Source: Phoronis australis (lineage: Eukaryota > Animalia > Phoronida). From it: a stretch of 64,000 nucleotides of DNA. Both the position numbers and the translations under genes were made by a program. Of the stretch, positions 22,411 to 36,376 are shown in pieces (within the stretch, counting starts at the first letter, position 1; each line of letters opens with the position of its first letter). The notes below the pieces were generated by a model. It was not told the DNA's origin and did not search any database. It worked only from the letters and a program-made list of their open reading frames with translations. Location of the stretch: the NCBI GenBank assembly GCA_002633005.1, contig NMRA01000621.1, positions 123,232 through 187,231 on the forward strand, given 5' to 3'.

Positions 22411-25400
22411 GGCCACGTCAACAAAATGTGTAAATATCAGACTTTCTTGCCGGCGCGTGCGATTCACAAACTTCTGGTGTAAGCAAGTCATGTTTTGCTA
22501 GAAGCTTGTTTTCTTAGATGAATCTAAACTGTGTATTGAATAAACACGGAATAGCACATGAATGGTTTTCATATTGTAAAAATAGATGGAAACAGTTGTC
22601 GGGGGTCATCGCGTCCACTTGCTGGACCAAATTGAACATGTCAGTCAGGACGTTTGTCTAAAATGAGAGAATTAGGAAACTAATTGGTGGGCTGGACAAA
22701 CAGTATATTGGGGCCTGTTTGATCCTGTAAAACCACACGCGTATTTAATACGCATTGTTCTCGTCATTGTATATGCCCACATTTATTTATTGATTTTATT
22801 TTAAAAACAATATCTTAGTGGCGACTTGTGCGAAATCTTAGAACGAATTGAAGATTGTCCTTTCATACTTTCTACGGTCATTGAATGGATGTGATGCGAA
22901 CATAAACAATTTAAATATATATTTTCTTTAAAAGCGAAAAAGCCACCTTAATGAAGTTCGAAAATGTTTTGTGTTTTGGTTGCCCTGGTTTCGAAACGAT
23001 AAAAGCGACATTTAATTTCACATCTCTGATATCGTTTGCCTGAATAAAAATCAGCAGTCATTTTGTGGAAGTTATATTGCTTACTCTCACTTAGATATAT
23101 TCACTTCTCGTCTGAGAAAGGAAGTGGTTGTGATTAATTTTTAGCAGTAATCTGTCCAAACCAGAAGTTAATTTCTTCGTCAGAACGTGGCTTTGTAGCC
23201 ACTGTAAGCAATCCTTTACTGGATGACTTGTTCAAATCACTGGCGAACGCAGTTTGAGTTCCATCCGAAATTGAAAACAAATCGTAATATTGTTTTAATT
23301 AGTTTTTATCTGATCGCGGGATCCGCGGGTTGTAATGAAGATGGTATTGTAAAAACACAAACGCCGTTTACTCAAACTGAACTAATTAAACAAAATGAAT
23401 TTCAACTAATCTACTATAAATACAATTATGCAACAATTTTTCTAGTCGCCTAACACATTCGCACCATTTCTCAGTGTAAACTGACCTCTACTCGCTGTTT
23501 AAACTTCTCAACTTCCGATGAAACTTTTTGGCTACAAATAACAAATTCGAGCCACCAGAGACGCGCAGACATCCGCAGGGGGTCGACTTTGGTAATTAAG
23601 GAAAGTTAAGAATCTTCGTTATTGCTAATTCAAATAACCATATTAACAGCGTCTGACACCAATTAGAATAAAGCGACTGTATTATTTTGCAAAAGGCACT
23701 TCGTTAGTTTAGAACTGATATCAACTGACACGGTGATTTCCGTTATGCAGTTGATTGTAGAGAGTGAAGCGAAAAGTAGCATCGTTAATTCGTACATAAA
23801 TGTTTCTACCTGCAATCTGATAGACGTTCATACGATAGATAAATACGTGAAATCTTCAGTAAATATACACGGGTGTCAACATTGCTCCCTTGTAATACAA
23901 CGCATTTACGTACGACGGCGAGTGAATTTCAGTATATTTTTTCGGACAGTAAACATATTTGAAGCTCCTTCTATCACAAAAACTAACGTTTGATTTAGAT
24001 CACTTACTGTTACTGAGATTTGTCTCAAATTGTTGCTTAGTAACATTTTGTGTGATTTATGGGGTGCGAAGGAATTGAGAATTGGTTTGTGTTCGAGACA
24101 AGAGTTTACAAGTTGGCTTGTCACGAGCGTGGTGCCAGAGAATAACGGACGGTCGACTCTTTGTAAACTCATAAATCACGTGCCAACGTGGTAAGGAACA
24201 AGTTGTGACCAGTTTGTAGCGGTAAGGGGTTCGCTTTTTGGACACCTCGCGGGTTTGTGGCAGTGAAACTGACTCGTAATTGTATTTGGATAATCGCCTT
24301 GACGTTAACTGAGTGTTGTAGTCTGCGCAATATGAATGCGTCAACAATCCAAATTATATTATTAATGAAAATGACGTTCCATGGAGCCGATGTGATCTAT
24401 TGAAACAGCGGTTAGTTTTTAGCACAGATGCATATCAGTTTTAGCATACTTTGATTTTTTCATGGTTGTAAGTTTTATTGTCGCCCGTTAACGCGAGAAA
24501 CTATTCATATTCTAATGTCCATTGTGACGTCTACCTTAAGCTATTTGTTAGCTAGTCATTGATATGCAAATGCCTAAGCGGGTTCTCTAGAGACCTTGTG
24601 GTTTGAGTTAGTCTTTTATCGGAGTTTGTGAAGTGTGGCAGTATCGTCGATATACGTACAATTATTATGTGATTGAAATGCAGTCGCTGGTCTTGATATT
24701 TTCTTGTGAATCGCGAACCCGTGACAGTTGCATATTTTTAAAATAAGTTAACAAATCTAGCGTAACAAAAAGTTACCATTCCGTCGTGACGTCGCGTGAC
24801 GTTGCGTGACGTTGCGTGAACTAGACAGTTGACTATTTCCTATCTAGCCGCACCACAGTGATACGGAACGAGTCACTCCCACAAATAGCGATGTTTAATT
24901 CTCGTTAGTCACACTATTACCTAAAATTAAACGCGCTACTTCATTAAACGATCTATTCACTTTCTCTAATAATACCAGCAAACTGTTCAACTTTGTTTAT
25001 AGAGACAATTTCTACCTGCCAACATCGGAGCCTAGACTCACTAAACACGTCAACTCTAATAAAGCTTGATTTCTGATTAGTTTAGTTGAGCCAGGCGCTT
25101 TTCACGAGAATTGTTCTAAATTACAAATTTCGGCCTCCGTTCGCAGACACGAAATCGAGACGACGAGCGATCCTGCCGGGGCTGAGAGACCAGTTTGTTA
25201 GCAATCAATGATTAAGTGTCAAAGGTAATTTTTCCCCACCACGAGAGGTTGAGAGTAATGGTTTTTACAAGTCTTCAGTGAATTTTTATCAGTAATTGAA
25301 TTAGAGCGTATTTAAGCTTATTTTTACGCAATAATTTTGCTCAATAGTCATTGAAATGGCAATACATCTGTCAAAAACCGTTTCGACAGCGAGATATGAG

Positions 25401-26482
25401 TAAACTCCTAAGTGTGTGATTTTAAACTATATCGAGGGGTATTTCGGTAATATGACGATCATCTTGAGTCATCCCGTTTCACACAATGGTGGCGGTCGAA
25501 TGTTTTGATTTAATTTTGCGACGCGTCACAAAAATCAAGTCGTAAAATTAGGCAAGTTTACATTTCTTGTTTTTAATGTTTTACTGTGGCCGGAATGGAC
25601 CTCATAGGTGTCTTCGTGGTTTAAAATAAACCGCTTCGTTCTTATTTTATCTTACTTTGAACTAAAGTTGGCCATTTTGAGGCTTTGAAGCAACGCTCAG
25701 TATAACTTTGATTACATCGGGGGGGGGGGGNNNNNNNNNNNNNNGGGGGGGGGGGGTGTTTATACCTCATAACGTGTTCAAGCGTTTCTTATGTTTTTCT
25801 AACTTGAAAGTACCAGTAGTGCTTATATTTTTCTATTTTCAGGTTTCTAACTCGATCGTTCCATTTACATGGGTTTTCTACTCTCATTGTTTGTCATAAA
25901 TGAATCCGATCTTAGTTTCTTCATTCATTTTGGAATGAGTTACTTTTCACTGGTCTATGTCTAATACGTAGCCATAAACTTTGTAGTCATTATTTGAGAC
26001 TTAATTTTTATTCTTATTTATATTTTTAGTATTGGTTAACTTGACTAAGATTTATTTTCCTCTCATATTTTTACCATTGGTTTTACGCAGTCAACTGTTT
26101 CCTGCAATATTGTTGCATGCATTAGCCGTGTGTCTGCGTCAATTCATTTAGAACGTATTCCGCTGTTGACTAATTGTGACCAATGAATCGTTAACGCTGC
26201 AATGAACCCTGGTCAGATGGTTAGATGGTCACGAGGTGCATATGCACTTGTGTTTACCCTTCCACTTCTCATCGCGTTCTTTTCCTTTATTTGAATTGAA
26301 ATTGGTTACGGTTACAATAAACCACCAGGAATTCCCCTGAAGGCCAAACTGCCTTGTCGAATGAAACTAACCCGGCGTGACAAGCAATTCCATGACTCTG
26401 GTCTGAAGCAGTAACGACCCGACAACTTTTCTCGAATTTACAAATCAGCTCTGTTCTAAGTAAGGAACACGGTGACACCAAT

Positions 26483-26728
26483 GGCCCGAACCAAGAAACT
26501 GACTTAAGTTCGTTTTTTACCTAAGTCTAAGATTTGTCTCAACTTCCAAACTTTGAAATTTCCATAACCGTAAAGTTAGTCGCACTTAAGGCAAAATTTA
26601 AGTCAAGAACTTACGTCAAACTTACGATGACTTTCTTGGAACGGATTTAAAACAAATTGAAGTTTTATTTAAAAATTGACTTAAATTCAAGATTTGTCTT
26701 AGCTAAGTCAGTTTTCTTGGAACGGGCC
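26483..26728. mobile_element. MITE with GGCCCG termini (PIF/Harbinger-like)
   Basis: ggcccgaaccaagaaactgactta / taagtcagttttcttggaacgggcc; internal cttaag/cttacg repeats; flanks share ccaat. Confidence 0.7.
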
Positions 26729-27617
26729 CCAATTTCGTAACAGTGAGTGGCCTAAATCAAAAGTTGAATTTTGACAAAAGGCAATAAATGTTCTGTTGAA
26801 GTAAATAGTTTTTAACGGTTTGAAAAGGATTTGCCCAGTGTATTGAAGTCTGGTTACATTGTGGATGAATTTCATATGAGATTTCAAAAGTCAAAACATC
26901 TCCGACAGAGTGAATCTCTGTAATTAATTCGCGGTGTTTTTCAGACAAAAAATAGAAACGAAAAGGGCTGTATTTAAAATAATGAGAAGTAAAAAACGCG
27001 AATGTAATTTTTAGAATTTAAAACCCTTTAAATATCGTTACGAGCGCCAAAAGATGTTTGTCTTACAAGAGACGGTCTTTATGACACTTGGGTCATTAAC
27101 GAGTCAAAATGAACGAATTTTTTTACTTCAGGTTATTTTAGACATGTGATAGTCTCCCTGTCGCTTCAGCTATGCCAGTCAAATTAACCCTGACACTTTC
27201 ATGCGATTGTCGTAGCAAAAGGGTTGGCTGTCGCAAACAGTAAATGAACAAGGTTTAGCGAGTAAATCGCTAATTTAAAATTATTTGTAAGTCGAGGAAT
27301 GATCCGGTTGACAACGTGGGTGTTTTTATGGTCATGTTTCGACAGTGCTTCACCACTTGAGCGTCATAGGTATTATGCTGAAATTGAATTCTTCTATCGT
27401 TAAAATCTAATTTTTGCCAACTGTAAAAGGAACTTAACGATTCGTGAAAATTTCAACGAATCGTTTTGTTTTGATATTCGTTTAGATATTTGCTAAGTAA
27501 TGCAGTCATTACAAGCTTGCATACGATTCGATCACTTACAAAGCCAAAGCCCGAGGATTCGGCGATTTTATTGCTCTGAAATTCTGTAACTTTCACCATT
27601 TTATGTTCTAAAATTTC

Positions 27618-27690
27618 CCCCACTGATCGTACAGGCCCACTGATCGTACAGGCCCACTGATCGTACAGGCCCACTGATCGTACAGGCCCA
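27618..27690. repeat. 17-bp minisatellite, 4 copies
   Basis: cccactgatcgtacagg repeated. Confidence 0.9.
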
Positions 27691-28671
27691 CGAGATTATA
27701 GTCAATAATTATAAAATGCCCTAAAGCTACGTCAGCATTTCCTGTCGAGTTATACTCGTTCATTGTACCAACGGACAGTTTTAACAGTTGTTGCATATTA
27801 AAAGTGTATCATGTATGAAAACATCGTGTATACACATATCTTACGTTAACTGTGTTTGTGCTTCAGAAAGGACTGTTGAACACATGAGAAAATAATTATA
27901 ACCGGGGTCATTCGGTGCAAACATACAATTCAGATATTCCTCTAGCACATAGTCGAGTCAAAACGCAGTTCTGGTTACATTTACTTTCAGATGCAGCTGG
28001 GATGAGACTAACAGCATGACGTCACGTGTTGTCGAGTGGATATTTTGAATCTACTCCAAAGTTTCCCACACTGCTAACTGGCAAAACCGAATACTTTTGA
28101 CTTTTGAAAATTATCATTGACTGTTTATAAAATTTCTTCTATAAATTTTGAATTCCTTTTATCCGACAACAAATGTAAACACGTAATGAGATAACACAAG
28201 TGTCATAATTATGGATAAATGAATCAATAAACATACACAGAGTACAACCATAGAAAAAAAACGTTTTAGAAGTTGCCTCGTTTCGCGACTCGATTTTTGT
28301 GACGCGCAGCAAAATTAAATTAAAACAGTAGTTACTAGCCATTAAGTAAGTAAAACAAGATGTCCGCGATAAGCGACACACCTTAACAGTAGTTTGTCTC
28401 ATTTCACACTTTCAAATTTATACAAAGTCTCATTCAGCATAAGAGTAAAAAAACATGGCGATGTCGACATTTCTAGACAAAGTCATTATTCGCCATCTTC
28501 TCAGTACGATATCAATGTGATATTTTCTAAAAATGCCATTTTGTACCGTTGTGCGAAAATGTCGTGCGTTTACTATATTGGTAACATCGGAAAATCAATG
28601 ATCAATCGGCGGTCTCGAGATCTCATCTCAAAACGCCTCTACACTCCCGAGACGAGAACGTCAATTCTCCC

Positions 28672-28766
28672 TTAGTTAGCAGTGTGCGCATGTTATGAAA
28701 CATTAGTTAGCAGTGTGCGCATGTTATGAAACAATATTTAGCAGTGTGCGCCTGTTATGAAACATT
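28672..28766. repeat. 31-bp minisatellite, 3 copies
   Basis: ttagcagtgtgcgcatgttatgaaaca repeated. Confidence 0.85.
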
Positions 28767-29224
28767 ATTTGCTGAAGTTTCCATTATTTACAAGAAGATA
28801 ATCAGTCACTGAAAGTGAACATTTTGGCAATTATTTTTGTGTGAAATAGTGAAAACTTACCGTAAACCGAATTGCTATCACAGGATACCAAGTGCAACAA
28901 GATCCACCGTCATTTTGGATTAATTTCTAACAAATTTGTATCAACTTCCCTCAAAGTAACCAACTCTTTTGAATTTGGCAAAAAAGTTCTTAGTGACAAA
29001 AAGTAAATCAAGTCTTGAAGCTAACATTAGAAAAGAAAACCCAGCTCTAGACACTTCACATTTCTAAATTAACGCCGACGTCTAACATTTTGTAACGTAC
29101 AAGTTCCTCCAACAAATAAATTTCCTCCTTAATTTACCTCAAATGTTACACTAATACGCACGTGTTGGACTAAGTCAGCACGTTTACGATAAAGTGAGCA
29201 AAGAATAGCGAGAATATACGAGAT

Positions 29225-29247
29225 TTTATTCACCAATGCTTTTTATT
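29225..29247 (-). terminator. Probable polyadenylation signals of the RhoGAP gene (implies a ~1.8-kb 3'UTR)
   Basis: Two tttatt on + (AATAAA on -) at 29225-29230 and 29242-29247. Confidence 0.4.
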
Positions 29248-29812
29248 ACAGCTTAAAAAATCACAGGCAAGCTTGCACATTACAGGTATGTACAATATTG
29301 AAGTTGAATACGACTATGATACAACAATGAGATAAATGAATACACAGAAGAAATTATAAACAGAATGACGTATGATGACATCAAATAAATAATATTAAAA
29401 AGCCCGCTCCAACGAGCTTTTGATAAAATGCCATAGCAACCACTTTGTTGCTTTACCTAACGTGTCCATTATCACACAAGTCCCATATTCGAACGCAAAC
29501 GTTTCGACTGCAGCCAAACCGAAAGTATATAAATTTTAATTTAAACAAAAACGTGAACAAGCATGGCAGATTATACTTTCCTCAAATGACCCGCACTTAC
29601 GCCAAGTCCAGAAATATAAAAGGATACTAAACCCCGTTTTAACTCAGACACCAACCAAGACTAAACCCCCGGACGTTCAGAAAATAAATACCAAGGTGCT
29701 GCCTTCTATGTTTGCCTTCTCTGTGTTGCATTCTATGTTTGAACATTCTTTACCAAGCGTGACTAACGGTTTGGGGCTCAACATCACGTGACCCACCTGA
29801 ACCTCACAAGAT

Positions 29813-29826
29813 CCACTAGGTGGCAC
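29813..29826 (+). promoter_or_regulatory. CTCF-consensus site
   Basis: CCACTAGGTGGCAC matches the CTCF core CCASYAGRKGGCRS; it lies outside any recognised repeat and is flanked by CACGTG E-boxes. Confidence 0.4.
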
Positions 29827-30230
29827 AGTGAGCACGTGATTTTAGTCGAATAATGCTTCTATATGTCTACTTGCGCAATAGCGAGTGAAAGGACCAACTT
29901 GGGATGAAATCATTAAGACAGAGTTTAGTATCCTTTTAAAGGCAACACAGAACGATACACTTTGGGACATCGTCAAAAAATAGTTTTTCTTTAACTGTCT
30001 GCAAACACCGCCACTTGATCGAATAGGAATTCTGAAAATCAGCATTAGTTTCATATTTAGAAAATTTCCGCCAAAAAGTCTGGAAACAGGGGTGCAGAGA
30101 AAGTGAACCATACCGGGGATATTCAAATATAGTTTCAAAAGTTTCGAGATTGTAGCAAAAAGTGATTATTTTTTACTTTTGAACTTAAGTAAAGAAGCAC
30201 TTTTTTGCGGCAATTTGTACCACTTGTAAG

Positions 30231-30360
30231 TGGTGTTTACATGTAAAAGGAGTCAATTGTAAACACAGCATGATTTTAATGTTTACATGTAAAAGGAGTC
30301 AATTGTAAACACAGTGGTGTTTACATGGAGTCAATTGTAAACACAGCATGATTGTAAACT
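30231..30360. repeat. Imperfect ~40-45-bp tandem repeat in the putative 3'UTR
   Basis: gtttacatg...ggagtcaattgtaaacacag x3. Confidence 0.8.
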
Positions 30361-31022
30361 CCATAGAAAGAAATGTGCTCCTCAGACAAGCCAATCAGAC
30401 AAACCAAAGTTGAAGTTTCTAACGGCATGGCACTTTCAAGATAACGATGGACACGCCACCTATCGAGCATTGGAAACCTGGCATGAAAAAATTGGCGTTG
30501 CAGGAAAATTCAAAATGAAGAAAAGTGCACCAAAATCAGTAACTAAAATTTCTATATCAGTGATATGCTGGCTACCTCTTACCGCCCTCAAATCACGCCC
30601 CAGACTTTTAGCCCGGAGAGCTTCAGTTATCCCATAAGCATATCAAAGGTTTCATTATGGTTAACCAGCTATACATGGGCTCAGCTAATGGGCATGGTAT
30701 CTATTAGCAACAAAAATGGAGACTCCGAAGGCATACTTCCACATCTTTGGGCAATCACGTACTAGTAAGTGGTTGCTATTTTGCCACTGATAAATAAGTA
30801 CATTATGGAACTTGACATTAACTTAAATGATGACGGAAACAAATGATTTCTGGTCACTTTAAAAACCCTTTGGCACTTAGTTAAAACAGGAAAAAGATAC
30901 ATCAGTACTGGCAAGATTTGTGTGCTAGGCAATATTTGACAATTTGGTTTAATTTTGAATTTACAAAAACATAAAATGACAAATTAAACTTTAATGGATG
31001 TGTTAAAACTAACAGGGTGTTG

Positions 31023-33847
31023 TCATAAAATGGCGGTCCAGGGCTGACTGAGTTTAGGTGGCTGTGACTGTCTACTTTGTGTCCCCTCATTCGTTTCGAA
31101 CTTTGACCTCAGTTCTTTGAAGCTTCCTTTACGGCCAGTGCTTAGAGGACCCTTTCTACGGCGTTCCACGTTTGGTTGTTTCATTAGGTCGAATGCCGAC
31201 TGAAGGAGTTCGCTTTCCTCACTATTGACAGAGGCCCTGGAATCCTTGTATCGCTCTTGTGGAGGAACATACGAATCAGCATGATGTGGTCGGTGCTTTG
31301 CAGAACGGCCAAACTCTACAGAACTCTTGGGCCTGTCGGGAACATTCAAAATTTCTTTTTCTTTCTGTGATGACGACCGCCCAGTCACAACAAATGTTGT
31401 CCTCGACTGAGAAACTGGTGGCGACTTACATTGGACAGCGAAGGAGCTAAAAGTGTCCTGCAAAGGAGGTGACAAACGTGCTGCTGACTTCGCAGTGACA
31501 GGCAGGCAGGTCGGTCGCGTCGCAGCTTTCACTGGATACACCAATGCCTCGGACACCTTCGGCGTTTGAACGACTCTTCTAGGGGTCGGCGGGCGCGGCT
31601 CAACAGTCTTGGAATCCTCATGAACAGACTTGACTTCGGCTACATGATGATCGTTAGAAAGTCTTCGCACTGAGATCTCAACATGGCAGGGGTTATCTAA
31701 GGTGGAGGGTTTTGCTGCCTCCTGGTGGGGAGAGAAGCACGCAAAGGCATCCGTGGGTGGCGCTTCTGTACTGGAATCAATCTCGATGGACAGCTCATGG
31801 ACAGGTGTTGCTACCTGAGGTACAGGCGTGACAACAAACTCAGCATGCGTCACTTGAACAACGTCCGCCTGGGGCTCTGGAGGTTGATCCAACTCCGACG
31901 CTGACTCGGTTTCAGACTGTTCGCTGTTGCTTCCGTCTTGATCATCGTCGTTGTTATCATCATCGGCATCACTGTCGCGAGCATCATGTCCAGGCTCCCA
32001 AAGTGTTTCTGTCTTTCCAAGGGACTGGATGAGCTTGGCATCTTTTGTCACTTCGTCATCACTCAGGCTACCACAGACACTAAACGGCGTGGTAACACCT
32101 CCCTCTGCTGCTAGCACCACGTCACTATGACCACCAACACCACTGGCCCCAACAAACTGTTGGCAGCTTTCCTGGATGCTAGATTCCTTCCTGCCAACAC
32201 TCTCTGAGTCAACATTTACCTCTGGTAAATCAGTCTGTGAATTTTCCATAGGATCACTCAGGTGATTGGAATTGGAATCGTCAGTAACTATTGCTCGACC
32301 ATGAACAATGTGCGACATCAAGTCATTGAGATTTGATTGTTCAAACATTCCAGAAACCTCTGTAGCAACTGGCTCCCTCGTTTCTAGAGGGTATACGTAA
32401 ACGCTTTCCGATATCGACGAATCATTTTGATTCTTCATAGTCGCTTTCGCTTCCTGCTCATCAGTCAGCTTCTCACAATCCTCAACGAAATCTGACTGTT
32501 TAGAATCTCTATCGAGCGGTTGCTCTACATTCCACGACGGGCAGAAGACAGAGAACGCATCGCTAACGTCACGTGACTCGTGATCCACATGTGGTTTTGC
32601 CTCTGCAAGCATCATAACTTGCTGCTCGGATTTGTGGGCGGTGTTGAACGAGGGAGAGACGATCTCCGCCTGTAGGCTCACCGGTGAATCATCTTCATTC
32701 AAACTATCGGCACTCTCAGAGAACATGTCCAGTTCCTTCATGAGTGAAGCGCGTAGTCCGGCCAGCTGTTTATTGACATGCGAATCGTCATGAATGTCAG
32801 TTGGTAGGTAACGCGTGAAGCTCGACTGAGCCGAGGCTGTGTCGGAGTCATCAGAATCATCCGTGCACGGAGCTTTCAATGTGTGTACAGAGGCAGTCTC
32901 TGAACAACTGTCATCAGCTGCCATATTCAGCAGATCCAAGAAAGTCGGCGCCGAGTGGCACTCGCGATTCGAAGTGTACAAGTCAGAAATGGACGAGATG
33001 GAATCCGTGTCGTCGCTGAAGCTGGACCGAGCCAGAGTCTGGTCACCAAGGAGAAGATTAGGACTGCTGCGAGGAACATTCGTTACTACAATGGCAGGTT
33101 TCTCAGCGTTGGAAAAGCTCATCACCCTCGACACCCTAGCGTTGGATGCCTGTCTTGTCAACAGCATCTGCTCATCGGCGCCCATGCCAGGGAAAAGCCT
33201 CTCATCTTCCGGTGTCACCACAAAGTCTCCCAGCGTGTCTACAGTGTGAGCACGCGGTCGTCTTACAGGCTCCTCTTCAAAAACATCACAACCCTCTTCC
33301 TCCATTGTAGCCACACCGCGAAATGCTTCACCATCATCAGACATTGAACCATCTCGATCAGAAAACCGACGCACCACCCTGCGGCGTGCTCCCGGACTCT
33401 CCTGCAGCTCCAATGGTGTCAGTCGCCCTGGCGACGACTCGTCTTGCGCCACGTACCGTATGCTCTGCTTCCCGTTGGCACCATGCTCCACCCTTCCAGA
33501 GTCGGACATTGCTTCTTTCGCTGCTGAGGCGTCCGATTGTGTTTTTGAGGCGGCACGTCGCTTGCTGGCGGGGGACTGGGTCTTCATCTTCTTTCTCGGT
33601 GACTTCGGAGAAATTGCTTTTGCTATTTTTGCGCGAATAGACGAGCGGTTGGAGTCAGTGCGGTCAAGTGCATTGGGAGGGGTCTGCTCACTTGTTACAA
33701 TATAAAACTTGCTGGTGTCTGTCGACTGGCTCGACGAGCAAGAAGCAATGTTGTCGTCAAGGCTGTCGTAGAACTTGGATGTGGACCTCTGACCTCGATC
33801 GGTCTCGGCGAAGTCAGTATAGAAAGTCGTCGGAGAGTTCATCGGGC
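31023..33847 (-). CDS. ARHGAP32: CdGAPr/ARHGAP30-33-family RhoGAP, giant terminal exon (~940 aa, Ser/Asp/Glu/Pro-rich, probably disordered)
   Basis: 2.8-kb stop-free frame; the tttgtttgcag| acceptor at 33848 is phase-compatible with the exon ending at 36257. Coding status is strong; family identity comes from the upstream exons and synteny. Confidence 0.8.
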
Positions 33848-35033
33848 CTGCAAACAAAGAAAATGGGGTGTCAGTTAAACAGGCAAGAAAATTCACTTTT
33901 GTGTTTTGATCTATCAAGTCGACCAACAAACCAAATATTTAGTTTTAATGAGATGACAATTACACTGCAGTGACAAATTACTCAACATATTTCAAGCAAT
34001 AATGACATGTACAATCATAAATTAAGTCACATGACGACCACATGACGACCACATTTATTGTTATTTGCAAGAATACTAACAACATTTCTGGTCACTATGA
34101 AATCAAGGCTGTGTAACATATTTTAAAGATTTGCAAAAGTACAGAGAAAAAGAATTTATGGTTCCTGTCAAGCACGCTCATCAACTGGTGACCATCACCA
34201 TGGAAACATAAACATAAACTCACAAGACACACTCAATCTGACAAAAGGACAATTAATATATCATAAAATTTACCAGGGAAGACAACAGGAACATAAGTTT
34301 TCTAATGGCATGTTGACTCAAAGTGACAAAGACGAAGTCGGGTAACAGTTCTCAACCCAGATGTTGATGAACTATCAGGGTGAGTGATACCATATGTGCC
34401 CGGGTTCTCTGCGTGCAACTTGGCATAAGCAGGGAAAGTGAGACGTACTTCAGGGGTAGAAAGAAGGGGTGCAGAGAGAGTGAGGGTTGTGTTGTACGGA
34501 AGCCCGCAACACCACAATGTTACAGAAACCAAAACTAATCCAGGCAAAACCAAGAACAGCCCACTATTTATGAAGTAGAGGTCCATAAAGTGGGAAAGTT
34601 GATATACTCATTCAACCTGGTCAGTCAACAGGTTAAACGCTGAATTTAGTTTTCTTAATCACCACAGATGGCATGAAGGGAATGAGCAAAATCTTGGAAT
34701 CTCACCTATTGAACAACCTCAGCCACTAACGGGGTGACAGAAAAAACATAAGTCAGTATTGTTTACATTGCACGAGCCATTATGATCCACTGACATGTGT
34801 AACTATACGGTGCCACTGAGACTCAGACCCAGTGCTGACCAATTCCCAGAACATCTACTCCAAAAAATCAATGATTGTAAATTCAATCAAGCCAAAGTTT
34901 TGCTTAAGTTTCACGACACGTTCACGCACTCATTAAATGACTTCAATGAAACACTGTCAGGTACTAACTGAAGTGATGCCTCACTCAATACTCTGTGTTG
35001 ACAAGGTGACTGAGAAAAATGAAGCTCAACTGA

Positions 35034-35283
35034 TTAATATCAAGGAGACAGAGTAGTACGTCACACACACAAATGTCAACCGTTAATATCAAGGAGACAG
35101 AGTAGTACGTCACACACACAAATGTCAACCGTTAATATCAAGGAGACAGAGTAGTACGTCACACACACAAATGTCAACCGTTAATATCAAGGAGACAGAG
35201 TAGTACGTCACACACACAAATGTCAACCGTTAATATCAAGGAGACAGAGTAGTATGTCACACACACAAATGTCACCCGTTAAT
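35034..35283. repeat. 49-bp minisatellite, 5 copies
   Basis: ttaatatcaaggagacagagtagtacgtcacacacacaaatgtcaaccg repeated almost perfectly. Confidence 0.95.
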
Positions 35284-36256
35284 CAAATAATATCACACAT
35301 AATTATGTTATAATTCAATGGCCAATGAGAAAACATTATGCAGAATTGAATACCACACTTCTTAAAAAATTACTAATTTGATAATGAAATATCAAAAAAA
35401 TAAGAAGCATCATACTGAATTTATCGGAAACCACTGACACACACGACAATGTTATAATTCCACGATATCACACCCAGTCGTGCTAAGACAACCCAATATC
35501 ACACACAGTCGTTGCACTGCGTAGTGATACAGTGGCATTGGTGTCGTAGTGCGGCTCCATCACTAAGTTACACAGCACGACACACAGAAGATCGTGTTAA
35601 CTGCCAGTTACCTGGGTCCGTATGTGAATTCTACCAAGACACAAAACAGTGTTTAACGAAAAGTGTTGCAAATCCAGAAGACTCAAACTCTAAAATTAGT
35701 GGGAGTTAAGCTGTAGAGAAAAGAGAACGTTTCTCTTGTTTTGAAAAACCACGGTTAATTAATGAATTTTTGGTCACTTCTAACGAGGACGTGTCAAATT
35801 GACAAGACACATTACACAGTCATGCTTGTTACGTTTAAGTACAGAAACACACAAATACAACCAAGGCAGGAAATGAATGATAAACTCTGCCACTTGATAG
35901 AACTTTCAAATCAAATATATTGGGAGCTTTTAAGCAGTAATTTCCAATTAAAAAATCTTTTTCAAAATTTAAGACAGTTCAGAACTACAGTGATGTATAA
36001 ACAATACGTGATGAGTCAAATCAAATTGAATTCTATCTTTTTAGCAAAATACACATTCCACTGTGATCAGGCTCAGAATATCTTTTAATTATGCATCTGC
36101 CATAGAAGCAGCATGCTTCAAGAAAAACTTGTGCGAGAATTTAACTTTCATTTCCACCATCAAGGTGTTCTTTGCCAGAAAAACAGACAAACATGGCTTC
36201 TCTCACACACACAGGGTGTTCAAACAACTCGCGCACCAGAGATGCACGACACATAC

Positions 36257-36376
36257 CAAAGTTGTTCTCTTCAAAGAACGATTCGTGCGACGATGCCCGG
36301 GTCAAGGGGGAAGGTGCAGACGCCACAGGGGTCAGCCTGGGTTCAGACGAGGGGTCGATGATGACGGGTGAGATGT
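36257..36376 (-). CDS. ARHGAP32: RhoGAP internal exon (alternative in-frame acceptor possible at 36460)
   Basis: ttctctgttccag|...|gtatgt, phase 1-1, 120 nt; DISPVIIDPSSEPRLTPVASAPSPLTRASSHESFFEENNF. Confidence 0.75.

Noticed and set aside
31023-31040. C-terminal PDZ-binding motif (WTAIL)
   Set aside because: Thr is at position -3, not -2, so it is not a class I match.
32839-33973. Several plus-strand ORFs of 80-136 aa
   Set aside because: Antisense shadows of the large RhoGAP exon.
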